A DNA stretch of 63,469 nucleotides, counting the filler, from Collodictyon triciliatum (taxonomy: Eukaryota): the NCBI GenBank assembly GCA_043381765.1. It is 12 parts of 12 records of this genome, joined end to end, with 100 filler letters (N's around TTAATTAATTAA, not from the genome) between each part and the next. Parts side by side here need not be neighbours in the genome. Positions count along the whole stretch, not along the records: positions 1 to 5,883 come from JBHJMP010004863.1; positions 5,984 to 11,866 come from JBHJMP010004864.1; positions 11,967 to 17,845 come from JBHJMP010004865.1; 9 more parts are not named here. One strand, 5' to 3'. How positions within the stretch are numbered: the first letter of the stretch is position 1; the number at the start of each line of letters is the position of its first letter. Position numbers and translations under genes: made by a program. Shown here in pieces: positions 1 to 12,750 of the stretch. Under the pieces are notes generated by a model. It was not told the origin of the DNA and made no database searches. It worked only from the letters and a program-made list of their open reading frames with translations.

Positions 1-35
<35 letters not shown>

Positions 36-83
36 AAAAAAACAAAAAATAAAATAAAAAACAGGGCGTCGTAGTTCGCAGCG

Positions 84-3000
84 ATGTTCCGCCCAGCGCG
101 TACTCTGCTTCTGTCAAGGCCGCCCAGTATGTGACCACACTCACCCCACTCACCAACCAACTCACTCACCCCACTCACCAACCGACTCATCAACTCACTC
201 AAAAAAAAAAATGCACACTTCCACAGTCCTCAGCAGCGCACAAACACAGACAAAGACGCAGACACAGACACAGACACTCTTCCTCCGAGGTCATCTCAGC
301 AAACACACGGCAAAAGAAAGCCTTGGCCCACCCCAGCAAACAGCGCTTCAGAGACCATCCTCACGCGCTTTAGACCCTGTTGATATCTTCCTCCCAGCTC
401 GCAGCCGCTTCCAAGGAGCACGCGACTATTTCCTTCAGCTTCTGCGCGCACATCCGTCCACACGAACATCATTCGTCCCCAACAGCCCGCCCGCCACGGC
501 AGAGACCGGCAGCCTGGCGGCCGAGAGAGCGTCTGGGCTCCAAGGCGTGTTTTCAGCTATGGTCCAAAAGGTCTCTGAGAAGCTGCACAGCGCATTTCAG
601 ACAGAGCCCAACATACACAACTTCCGCAGATGGTTTCGCTATGAACTCAGCAGAGGCGCCCCCATGGACTTGACAGAAGTCCTGCGCAAGGCACAAACAC
701 ATCGCCTCCCGCTAAGTATCGAAGATTACAACCGTTTTCTGGCTCATTGCCGCCCTCCGCAGAGTCTTGTTCATGAAAGCGACGACCAAGAAGTGGCTAC
801 ATCCTCATTAAAGAGTCTGTCGGATTCACCCGGGTCCAGTCTTTGCCTCAGTCGCTACAAACCTGGCCAGGCCATCGAAATATACGAGGCTTTAATACAG
901 GACAAACTCGTACCCAATGTTAACACAATGTCACATTTGGTCGCTGCAAGTCAAACAGTAAAAGAATTGCAGTACACACGAGATGTTTTGACAGACAGAC
1001 TCTTCAGTGTTATACGGAACCCGGATGCGATGGAACAGGACAGAGTCATTTTTGGAATCCCGTCAGATGAAATAACTACGACGGCATCTCGTATTCTTTT
1101 GAGCTATTATGATTCGCTGATGGATGATGTTGTTGTCCGTACCGCGGAGCAGGTGGATGACTTGAACTTTGAGCTATTAGCCCGGCATAATCGCAAAAGA
1201 GACTATTTGCAGCTTGCTAAGGAGAGGCAGAACAAACATGAGGACACCTCTAAGGATGGAACACATACAGACGATATGATTCAGAATCCGTACAAAAACA
1301 TCATTTCAAGGATACTGAACAATCCAAACGAATCCTCATTCTTTAAACAGCTCCGTCTGGAAACCCAGGCTTTAGAAATAGCTGCATCTCAGTATAGAGA
1401 GATGGTTCAGGATATGACAAAACGCGGCCAGGCTGCGAGTTTACTACCTGCAAACGAGATAATTGCATCATGGATTGAGCCTCTCAGAAGCGAAATCGAA
1501 AAGGAGCTGCATACTATCTCCAACAAAGAAAAAGATGTTAATAGGCAAATATATGGTCCATTCCTGGGGATGATATCTCCCACAAAGCTTGCAACGATAA
1601 CTGTGCACGAAACTATTGGCTGCATCATGGCTGAGGGTGTTTCGGTATGTCTCTTTTGAAAGTATATTCCATTCTTATCCAATAGAAGAAGAGGAAAAAG
1701 AAAGAGAAATACATAAAGCATCCAACTAACTTTTGATTATAATTATTTCAATATCGTAGCTTTGTATGTCACTTATGTATGGATCAGAGTGAAATATGAA
1801 TAATTTCCTCTCGTTCATTCGCTAAAAAATGTTTCATGTACGATGGAGTAATTAAAAAAAGCACACTATTTTACACAATTCCCTATAGGGTGTAAAAATT
1901 GTGAAGGCTTGTATCACGATAGGGCGAGCTGTACAATTAGAAATCGGCCTCAGAATGATGAAGGACAAAAGGAAGGATAAATTAGTAGTTCCCAGTAGTG
2001 TAAGTGCTCTCAAGCAGCTGGGTTCCAAAAATGTCGGAGAGTTCGCTCCTACCATCTGGGCCAAAGCAATCCAGGCCAAATTGGGTGCCAGTTTGATGAG
2101 TCTTCTTTTAAAGTCTGCTGAGTTTAAAGACGAAAGTGGTAACTTTGTTAAAGCCTTCCGCCACTACTACCACTTCCACTCAATGAGACGCACTGGACAT
2201 ATTACATGCCATAAAAGCCTTTGGGAGAAGTTTTCCGATGGATTTGAACGACAGGTAATTTGATCATTATGTTTTGCTCAAATTATATAAATTGTCCTGT
2301 TTATTTCCTTGTTTCTTTGTTTCTTTGTTTCTTTGTTTCTTTGTTTCTTTGTTTCTTTGTTTCTTTGTTTCTTTGTTTCTTTGTTTCTTTGTTTCTTTGT
2401 TTCTTTGTTTCTTTGTTTCTCTGTTTCTCTGTTTCTCTGTTTCTCTGTTTCTCTGTTTCTCTGTTTCTCTGTTTCTCTGTTTCTCTGTTTCTCTGTTTCT
2501 CTGTTTCTCTGTTTCTTTGTTTCATATATTTATTAATAAATTAAGTAGTTTCCCCCTCATTAATTTGTGTCATCTTACAAATATTTCTGCTTTGAAAGAA
2601 TAGCAAGAAAATATTACCAAATTAATTATATTTTTTTTAAAAAATAATCTTAGGAAGCCCTCCACCCGATATACTTGCCTATGGTGGTTGAACCCAAGCC
2701 CTGGAGCCACGTCAACAATGGGTCGTATCTGACCCTTAGATCCCCGGTGATGCGTTGCCGCGGTTCTCGAGCGCAAATCCAGGAACTCCGAACGTCCGAC
2801 CTGTCAAAATTACATCTGGGGCTCAGTATTCTTGGCAAAACTGCCTGGATTGTCAACGAGCCTGTCTTTGAGGTGATTGAGCGCCTGTGGGATAATGGAG
2901 GAGGGATTGCCGAGCTTCCACCCCGACAAAACTACATCATCCCATCCGAGCCAGAAAACTTTACAGGTCTGTCATTCGAGGAGCGACGAAACTTTATGGC

Positions 3001-4660
3001 CACAAAGAACCGAGTAGAGCAAATGAATCGAGACCTACACTCCAACCGAAGTGGGATCACTATTCGCTTAAAAATAGCCCGTGAGTTTATTGGAACAAAG
3101 ATGTATTTCCCTCATAATGTGGACTTCCGCGGACGAGCCTACCCACTACCTCCGCATCTGAATCATTTGGGACCGGACGTGTGCCGTGGCATGCTACTCT
3201 TTGCTGAGGGAAAGCCTCTTGGAAAAGATGGGCTGCGCTGGATAAAGATCCATCTGGCCAATCTGTGCGGTAAAGACAAGATGTCATTTGACGACCGTGT
3301 CCGGTACGTTGATGAACAGATTCCAAACATCATCGACTCGGCTGAAAGGCCGTTGGAGGGTGGCCGGTGGTGGTTGAGCACAGATTCTCCCTTTCAAGTT
3401 CTTGCAGCCTGTATCGAATTGAGGGAAGCCATCCGAAATCCCAACCCAGAAGACTACGTTTCACGCCTTCCTGTTCACCAAGTAATCCTGAGCCTGAAAG
3501 ACATTGACAGATTGTGTAATCGGATGCTCCCCTCATAATATATTCATCGCTAATAGCCTATTCTGACCCTTGATTGCACTTTTTGTTTGTCTTCTACCTA
3601 CAGGATGGCTCTTGCAACGGCCTCCAACATTACGCTGCCCTTGGGCGGGATTACAGAGGTGGTCTTCAAGTAGGCCTCGTCCCCACCGAAACCCCGCAAG
3701 ACGTTTACCAAGTAAGGCCGCTATTTTTTTCTTCATTTTACATTAATTTTTTTTTTTGGTACTTTCCTATTCATGAATACATTTTACCAGTTATGCATGC
3801 ACTTCAATTTTTCTTTTTCTTTTTTCTGTCATCTTGTGCACTCCCTTGATTCATAAATACATCTCATATATAATAAAAAGGTTGTTGCAGACTCTTTAAA
3901 GGACAGAATAAACAAAATGTCAGAAAAAGGCCTCCCGACTGCTATGCTGCTTAACGGCAAGGTGGAACGCAAGATTGTGAAGCAAACAGTAATGACCAGC
4001 GTTTACGGAGTCACATATATTGGAGCCCGTCGACAAATTCAAAATCGGCTTGAAGAACGAGGAGACATTCCTGAGGACAAACTATACTATTGCGCATGTT
4101 TTCTGGCACGCCACACCTTGGAAGCCTTGGGCGAATCCTTTATCGGTGCAAAGTTAACGATGGATTGGCTTGCGCAGTGCGCACGATTGATTGCATCCAC
4201 CGGTCGCCCTGTATCTTGGGTGACTCCACTCGGAATTCCTATTGTCCAGCCATACCGAAAGTCCAGCAGCGTTCAAGTGAAAACGTCACTCCAACACGTT
4301 GTACTTGCTCTTCACAACGATGATTCTCCGATTATGGCGGGGCAGCAAAGAACTGCATTCCCACCAAACTTTATTCACTCCCTGGATTCCACACACATGT
4401 TTATGACTGCTATCGAATGCGATCGACAGAATGTCGCCTTTGCGGCTGTGCATGACTCGTTCTGGACCCACGCAGGAACGACAAGTACGATGAATTCAAT
4501 TCTGCGCAATCAATTTATCCGCCTTCACTCGGAAGACCTTTTGAATGAGCTAAGGAATCAGTTTATGGTTCTTCATCCTGACATCACCTTCCCGGAAGTT
4601 CCTCCGCGTGGTGACCTGAATCTCGAAATCATTCGCGGTAGCCCCTACTTTTTTGACTAG
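84..4660 (+). CDS. POLRMT: Mitochondrial single-subunit (T3/T7-type) RNA polymerase, 6 exons
   Basis: Exons 84-126, 227-1644, 1889-2254, 2654-3481, 3604-3711, 3881-4660 splice in frame with GT-AG. Motifs: [70 protein letters not shown]-terminal SPYFFD. PPR-like helices in exon 2. Confidence 0.96.
2309..2523. repeat. Intronic compound 8-mer microsatellite (TTGTTTCT)n/(CTGTTTCT)n
   Basis: Direct inspection; lies in a POLRMT intron. Confidence 0.95.
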
Positions 4661-5518
4661 AATACAGTATTAGGTATGCTCTATCTCCCCCAATGAAACA
4701 AAACAAACTCACATATTGCAAGTATTTTGATTTCACACAGGAATAGGCAGATGACTTTTACTCAAAACAAGCAATTTATATGGTTATTATGTTGTTGACT
4801 TTAGTTCTTTTCTAGCTAATGCCCAGGCTCTGTTCGGGAATGTTGCAAAATAGAAATAAAACAAAAACCTTACCCCAAGATGAAAGCTCTTCCAATGGTC
4901 ACCGAATTCTGCCACTTTGTTTGTGTCCTGCTTTTTTTTTTCTTTCTTCTTCCTTCTGAATGAAATATTCATCAGCCAATTAATCAAATAAACAGCAAAG
5001 CTTCAAAAGCATCAGCAGCGCAAATTACTCTCACGAACAGTCAGTCCTCCTTAGAAATACCGCGATATGTTTTTAATTGGTTTTTTTTTTCTTCATTTTT
5101 TTCATCACACGACAAAGGCAACCAACACTGAGATAGCAGATTCCTCCAACACACACGAGTTTTGCTTTTCCCTTTTGTTGCCATCACCTGCCTACTTTCA
5201 CCTTTCTTCTCTTTTTCTCTCTCATCAACTGTTCCGCTGATTTCCATCATGAAAACCGCCCACCCTTTCTGCAAGTTTGGCATGTATCAAAAAAAAAAAA
5301 AGCCGAAAAAGACATCCTAAACCACAACGAAACTTTGACGAACGTTCGCCTATTTTTCCCGTCTTTTTCCCTTCTTTTATTATTATTATTAATTGCTGTA
5401 TAAGTAAAACTCAGTTAACCCCCTTTTGAAAGTTGCCCAAAGCAAAGAGTGGACACTGACGCATAAGCATATGTAAAAACTAAAAAACACATCAACATCT
5501 GCAACAAGACGCCTGCAA

Positions 5519-5770
5519 ATGCCACCAAAGAAAAGCGCAAAGAGCACGGTGGAAGGCGGCAAAGAAGGGGCTGCGAAGAAGGCCAAGGTTATGCGCACGC
5601 CAGACTCGTTTTGTCCAGCAGGCTCGATCGTACACGAAGACTTTGATTGCATGCTGAACCAGACCAACCTGACTGAAAATAACAACAAGTTCTATGTGAT
5701 TCAAGTCTTTCAGAATGACTCAAACTATTTTTGTTGGACTCGCTGGGGGCGCGTGGGCGAGATGGGCCAG
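5519..5770 (+). CDS. First exon of a WGR-domain protein, PARP3/PARP2-like (truncated by contig end)
   Basis: DFDCMLNQTNLTENNNKFYVIQV...WTRWGRVGEMGQ, followed by donor gtgaag; Lys-rich N-terminus. Confidence 0.88.
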
Positions 5771-5883
5771 GTGAAGTTTTTGTTTTTGTTTTTGTTTTTG
5801 TTTTTGTTTTTGTTTTTGTTTTTGTTTTTGTTTTTGTTTTTGTTTTTGTTTTTGTTTTTGTTTTTTGTTTTCTGTTTTTTTTT

Positions 5884-5983
5884 NNNNNNNNNNNNNNNNN
5901 NNNNNNNNNNNNNNNNNNNNNNNNNNNTTAATTAATTAANNNNNNNNNNNNNNNNNNNNNNNNNNNNNNNNNNNNNNNNNNNN
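5884..5983. other. Artificial contig spacer N44-TTAATTAATTAA-N44 (also at 11867, 17846, 23824, 29801, 35776, 41751, 47726, 53701, 59675, 62010)
   Basis: Identical 100-nt blocks carrying a six-frame stop linker. Confidence 0.98.
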
Positions 5984-6342
5984 CAAACAAACAAACAAAC
6001 AAACAAACAAACAAACAAACAAACAAACAAACAAACAAACAAACAAACAAACAAACAAACAAACAAACAAACAAACAACAATAGAAGAATCATAAAGATG
6101 TTGTAATATTTTCCCCCTTAGCTTACCCGGTGGGTGGTTCTAGATTTGTTGATGGTAATTTTTCATGTGATGGAAAGTAAATAATATTCATCGTGGATTT
6201 CAATTCGATCAAAAGTCTTATGATAGATTCCTAGAGAATTGACACTTTGAGCTTAAATATTGAGAAAAGACAAAAACAAAACTTCACGTATTGTTCTCAA
6301 TGTGACGCAACGAATTATATGAACAAATTTATTAATATATAC

Positions 6343-6657
6343 CTCCAAATACCCCAATATTTTTGGAGATAATAAATTTGGCCTCACATGTACACCTGTT
6401 ATAATTGTGGTCATTTTCATGCTTTAATTTAATACAAATAATAATTTTGAATCATTCTCGCTATACCAAATGCATGATATTTCGACTGTGATAATATGCG
6501 TATTACCTTCAGGCACCATCTGGACGAGTTTTCTCAGGAGTAACTCAGAGTCACCACGGTCTCTTTGTTTATAACCAGATTGATAAATATATTATACGTA
6601 ACCGGAGAGTCACAATTATTCATAATCAAAAGATAGTCTAGGACGTACAACTTTCTA

Positions 6658-6752
<95 letters not shown>

Positions 6753-6810
6753 TAATAATAATAACAATAACAATAACAATAATAATAATAATAATAATAA
6801 TAACAATAAC

Positions 6811-6851
<41 letters not shown>

Positions 6852-9303
6852 TAATAATAATAATAATAATAATAATAAACCTCATAATTATCTCATAATC
6901 TCGTCGGAACGGCAAATCATAACATACACCACTTATTGTCATGGAGGAGTTACAGAGGAGATACCCATGAAACTAAATTTTAGGAGAAATCTCAAAACAG
7001 AAAAAAGAGAAAAGGAAAAGGGATAATATACGAGATGTGTCAGATACCTCTTATATTAAAAGATACTGCTTAAGAAAGTCTTCAAAAGCTTAAAATAAGG
7101 ATAAAAACAGGGTAAATATAGAACGCATTTATAATAAAGAAATGAGAAAGAAACATTTCTTTTAATGTATTGGTTTAATCTAAAAAAAATTTATCCATTA
7201 ATAAGTGCAGCGTCAGCATATATTAAACAAACCTTTTTTGTATACCTTCCAAACTGCAACGTTTCAATATCGTAAACAATTTGATTCATAATATCATGAT
7301 TTTGAAATTGAACTTTGGAATTCAAGTGGGTAGATACTGAGATTTCCAGGCACCCTAGGCCCAAGACAACAAAAATGGTAATTAAAGTTTTTTTTAATTG
7401 TTTCTGTTGTTTTATTAAGGTATTTTTTCTTTTCTAATTGAAGAGATTATCTGAAGTTGAGTATATTGAAGTTTTCATATGTACAAGTATATTTAGGTCG
7501 TTTTTTTTTTTTGGCATACAAATGGATAACTTCGTTTCTTCGGATTGTGTCAATTTAGGAAATACCAGTATCTTTAATATGTTCTTTTCTACTCGTTGAC
7601 TGAGCCTCATGCATTAAAAGCAATCGATTGAGATTTAGGTGAAATACATCGATTAGTTGAATTTTAAACGCTTCTGATGCAACATTCGAGAAAAAATCTT
7701 GAGTATATCCTAAAGAAGGAAAAAGGAAGTTTGCCAATTTCCACCATAACATGAAAGGCGAAAATAAATTCATAAAATATGAGCGAGAATAATAAATAAA
7801 AAATTAGTGGAAGGAAAGGGAACCTTCTTGAAAATTCCACCATAAAAGCATTGGTGCAGAAAATGTTTCATGTCTATAACTAAGATGACTAGATATATTG
7901 ATTGTCTCCTCACATCCTTTTCCGATAAAACAAGGTATTGTTGCCGAAATATTTCGAGCGTTTAGAAATTGTGGGCATTAAATTTGAATCATACAATTAT
8001 AACTTCAATTGAAAGAGAATACGCCACCTGGATTTATTTTGGCCAATAATAGGCTTTGTGTACTCTTACTTCCATCATTTATAAGAAGCATAGCTCCTAT
8101 ATTGTATACAGGGCACCTAAAAATGACATGAATAGGTGCAAGATGTTAGGGTTTCGATATCTGATTATAACTTAAAAATATCTAGTCTCACTCGCTTCAT
8201 AAGGTTACTTATTGTGTTAATGAAGGAATCATTCCATATGTAATGTTACCACCTCATTTCTGACCGAACAGTTACTTCCATGTGTAATATTCGTCCATCG
8301 AAGCTTACTTTGTATTTTTGGACACAGATATTGTTCGCATGTTTCGTTTGCCAAGAATGTGTTGATGAATCAATCCGTGCAAGTGGAGATGAAGTTGAAG
8401 AGCTTGTATGGTTTTGATTATTTGGAATTATCATCGGTGTTTTTAGGAGTAATTGTTTTAATCCCTTGTGAAATTCTGGTTCTGAGGGCAGAGATGAGCC
8501 TAGTAGTTCAGATTGCATTTTTGGCACATTTGTTTCGCATGTCCGTATTGGTCTCTTATTCACCATGTCGAGAAAGTCTAGTATTACTCCTTCTTTGATT
8601 CTAGTCTGAATTATTTTTTTATTTTTAATTGAAAGAAACTCATACGTCCCGATATTATATTTAATTTTTTAACTTACTGTCTCCTTCAAATGCTTTGCTT
8701 CTTCCATCATTTCCTAATTAACAGCTGACATTAAAAAAAAAAAGAACAAAAAATTAAACTTAGATGAATCGGTAACTCTTTACTTGATGCCTCGAAGACA
8801 GTGACTCCAAAAGAAGGTTGAGTAGCGCTGATGATTCTATATTAAAAATTGATATATATATTAACATTTTCACTCATTAAAATACATAAATTAAAAATAA
8901 GAATATTTGGGTGTGATTTATGATACATGGCCAGGTATAAAAAAAACTAACGATACTGTAAGATGGTGTGAGACAAAAGGTATTTTAGTTCTGAAATTGT
9001 CCATTTTAATTAATAAACCAGATTGGGAACTTTCTAAAACGAAGATTTGAACATCCGAAAGGCGAGTGACATCCCTTGTTGATTGTTTTAATTAATTTTT
9101 TACAAAAAAAAAAAATACAAGAAAAGCAAAAGTTTAAAAGTGGCCTGAACCAAGTGAATGTAAAATTGATATTGATAGTGATATTTTAATAAATAATAAT
9201 AATAAATAAATAAATAAATAAATAAATACTTGTTTTGAAAATAGACAATGGGATTTTTACTCATGGATGTAGAGTCAGCTATAATTCGACAATCATTGAC
9301 CTC

Positions 9304-9394
<91 letters not shown>

Positions 9395-11742
9395 GGAATA
9401 ATAATAATAATAGGAATAGGAATAGAAAAAGAAATAGAGATAGAAATAGGAATATGAATAGGAATGGAAATAGGAATGGAAATAGGAATATGAATAGGAA
9501 TGGAAATAGGAATATGAATAGGAATATGAATAGGAATATGAATAGGAATATGAATAGGAATATGAATAGGAATATGAATAGGAATGGAAATAGGAATGGA
9601 AATAATATTAATATGCGAAAAAGTATATAATAATCAAGTACTTTGTTCTAAGAGAAGTACCTTTAATTATGTGATGCAGACTAATATCCCATAAGATGCA
9701 CTCAAAAGGAGATTTATATGCTAACAAATACTCTCTTCCTTCAAGAAAGACAACCGATCTTTTATGTGTTAAATATCAGTTATAAATTTAATCATATAAT
9801 CCTTACTTGAAGAATGGGAATTAAAGATTCAATTTGTATTACATGTCCATGAGATAGGAATCAAATATCTGGATGAACTCAATCGATCCGTGCAAAATTT
9901 CAACAACGATATTATCTCCGATCAGCATGAAGAAGCTGCAATCAGATAATGTTTCCAGTTCTAGTTTCCTTTCAATCGAAAATCTAAGAAAGAAGACGAT
10001 TCATTACACCAAAAAAGAAATCGAAATAGATGAGGTAAGAAAATGGTAACATGGCACTATAACCTGTTGTATATTTTACGTGTATTCCTTTCTAGTTTCA
10101 GAATTTTGATGATTTCCTTCGATATAGCAACAACAAATAAATTCTTACAGATCATGCTCGGTATATCGAGGAATTATTTTTCTTATTTTCCCTAGAATAT
10201 TCTCAAAAGGGACTAAATTTCTACAACATATACTATCGAATTTCCAAACCAAATCTGATTCATGTACTTGTTCGCTGTGTGATTTAACCGTAAATTTAAT
10301 ATAATTAAAAAAAAAAGGATGAGTATTGTATGACACTAGATTTACTGAGTTGAAATTATGAGGCATTTTTTATTTTATGGAAACTTGCCTTAATATAGAA
10401 GATATTGCACAGAATTGAATGTTCTTTGATTTTATAATTCACTGTTAAGGAAAAAATAAATCTGAAGATGAGTAATTCTAGTACGGAAAGTAACTGAATA
10501 TTCACTTTTCAAATATCCAAAAAAAAATGTAATGCAACTCAATTACATGTGGATACAAGAGATTTTTTTCCATGGTCCGTCTCATACGCGGAGGATATTA
10601 TCTGAAAAGAGAAAGGATCCTCGAAAATATCGCATACAATTATCTCATCATCAATAGTTTGTGCAGGGAGGGAGAATACATACTGACCAAAGCTAAAATG
10701 AATGTTCTGCTTTGAGCGAAAGACGATAAAGCAAAATACTAGGGGTGGTGATCAAATCTAAACCTATTGCCCGTATATTCATTTCTCTTTTGAATGACCA
10801 GAAATGAGGACAGACCAACCAATATAATTGATGGTCCAGTGGTCAGGTAACCTGAAATATTTATATAATTAGGATGCATCAAATTATTCATTAAGGCGTT
10901 TGTGCTTTATTAGGTAATATGAAGTGAGAGCAAAGAAGGGAAAAGAGACGAACTAATCCAACAGTACAAAATAACATATTACTTGTTTTAGCAGTATCCA
11001 TCCATCCAGGTATTATTTCTAGCTGATATTTTTCAATATCACCATCTAGGTTCACTTCAACTATCATTATTTCTTGACCTTTTTTGTTCTTAAAAGATGC
11101 TATGAAGTTACGGCTAAGAGAGAGTGAGAAGTTTGATATTTAAAAAAGTGCATGAAAATGGAACCTTACTCTGAGTGAATTAATTTGAAGTAGACGTCTT
11201 TTCTAGAGAAACTGAAAATACCTGCATGAACTAATATCATCCACAAAGCCGGCAGATAGGAAGTCCCATTCATCTATACAAGCAATACACGTGTAGTTGT
11301 AAGTTTCAGAGTGAGTCAATGTACAACAACACACTCTTGCTTGTATACTTTATTTGTGGTAAGTTTTCTTCTCGGACTTCATATTCTTTCCTTTTTTTTT
11401 TTTCTTTTCTTTGTGGATGCATGGTATAAGGAATACGAGATCCCTTGAATTGAATGTTAAATAGAAGAAGAAAAAGCAATCGAAATACGTAATGTAAGGG
11501 TTCGATGAAAAGTTCAGGCCTTTTGTCGCAAGTGCTTCAGAGTTTCTGTCACCAAAAAAAAGCGACTCGATTAAACCTTGCCTGTGTGAGATATGACCCT
11601 AACAACCCTCGGTGGTGACATATTAAGTGCGCCTGAATGGTCCACTAGCATAGTCTCCAGTACCAAAGAGGTGTTCTCGTGTGTAAAATGACAGAACAAG
11701 CCCCCACTGAAGAATACTTGGTTCATCTGAGGGCGATCAAAT
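6343..11742 (-). CDS. Multi-exon gene, probably a divergent FANCB (Fanconi anaemia core complex) homolog; partial, exon structure not fully resolved
   Basis: Spliced segments resemble FANCB in the same order: KNKKGQEIMIVEV...YLTTGPSIIL, then LLESLSSRHQEMMEEAKHLKETTRIKEGVIL (coiled coil), GLKQLL, HSWQTKHANNICV, PVYNIGAMLL. Several junctions could not be phased. Confidence 0.5.
6657..6877. repeat. (AAT)n/(AAC) microsatellite
   Basis: Direct inspection; intronic. Confidence 0.95.
9306..9606. repeat. (AAT)n grading into an AATAGG/AATATG/AATGGA 12-mer minisatellite
   Basis: Direct inspection. Confidence 0.93.
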
Positions 11743-12671
11743 CTATTGAATAAAGGTTTATTAACCGCCTTTGTTTGTTTGTTTGTTTGTTTGTTTGTTT
11801 GTTTGTTTGTTTGTTTGTTTGTTTGTTTGTTTGTTTGTTTGTTTGTTTGTTTGTTTGTTTGTTTGTNNNNNNNNNNNNNNNNNNNNNNNNNNNNNNNNNN
11901 NNNNNNNNNNTTAATTAATTAANNNNNNNNNNNNNNNNNNNNNNNNNNNNNNNNNNNNNNNNNNNNTGAATTTAATAAAACAAAGAAAGTTTGGGGAAAT
12001 GAACGGTGGTGGAAAAGAGCAGAGCGATAAACCAATATACATTAGAGGGGCTCCGTCTTCACCGCACATGAGTAAAACAATCTCCGATAGTAATGCCAGT
12101 TGTTGTGTAGGTGGTTTGTGTTGTCTGGTGCTTTATTTTAGGGCCTCAAAATGGAAAATATACGCAGCCGGAGATGATATTTTCCGATGTGAGTCGGCAA
12201 GTAGGCTCAAGCCAAGCAAGTACCCAACCCCACGCGACGGGCCAACAGAGGACATGGAGCCACGCATCCGTGTCCACCCGACCTTGTCAGTATTTCAGTG
12301 TGGGTCTTCGCCCAAGCGCTCACAACACACTTTTTAAGCGGTGTAATTTTTTCTGGTAAGACATGCACACATCTAAACATGCATAAATTCTTTAGAAGCG
12401 ACTGTGCTCCTGTTTATTCGCTCCAAACAGTCAGCTTATCGTTCATGCTAATCAATCGTTAAAGTTTACAGCCCGGGAGGGGTTGTGTAACAGTGATTTG
12501 TTTTCATGATAAGGTGAAGCGAGGAGAAAGGAAACAATGTTGGAAACCACCGGACAGAAAGTAGAGACCTTCCAATTCCACTTTCATGACGTGACCTCCC
12601 ATAGTACGCCACAAGCGCATGAAAGGAGAAAAAGAGGGCTCTACCACAACAACTCTTTGCAGATGCAAACA

Positions 12672-12750
12672 CAGACACTATGCAAATCCGCTCCCACAAC
12701 CCACGTTGTTGGTGGTTTAGCGTGGGGGCTTCACAAGGGCAAACGTGTGC
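12672..12750 (-). promoter_or_regulatory. SECIS element (form 2, GUGA variant) in the GPx 3' UTR
   Basis: Minus strand reads GTGAA GCCCCCACGCT AAA CCAC CAACAAC GTGG GTTGTGGGAGC GGAT. This gives a GA/GA core, an 11-position helix II with 2 mismatches, unpaired AAA and an apical mini-helix, about 400 nt after the stop. Confidence 0.88.

Noticed and set aside
211-4660. T7-like RNA polymerase as a prophage or linear plasmid gene
   Set aside because: It has spliceosomal introns, a presequence exon and PPR-like N-terminus; this is the ordinary nuclear-encoded mitochondrial enzyme.
5928-5939. Recurrent TTAATTAATTAA palindrome at about 5.98-kb periodicity
   Set aside because: Always centred in 100-nt N blocks; a synthetic six-frame stop linker, not a biological repeat.
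7040-10450. Stop-codon reassignment suggested by stops near exon edges in the AT-rich gene
   Set aside because: Conserved genes here end in TAA, TAG and TGA and have no internal stops apart from the Sec codon; unresolved short introns explain the stops better.
11495-11745. Possible structured ncRNA (snoRNA or RNase P-like words) on the + strand
   Set aside because: Motifs are incomplete, and the minus strand is an open, splice-site-bounded exon of the FANCB-like gene.
12001-12620. Additional ATGA/GTGA-containing hairpins as further SECIS elements
   Set aside because: They lack a correctly spaced 3' GA or apical AA; only the 12672-12750 element fits.
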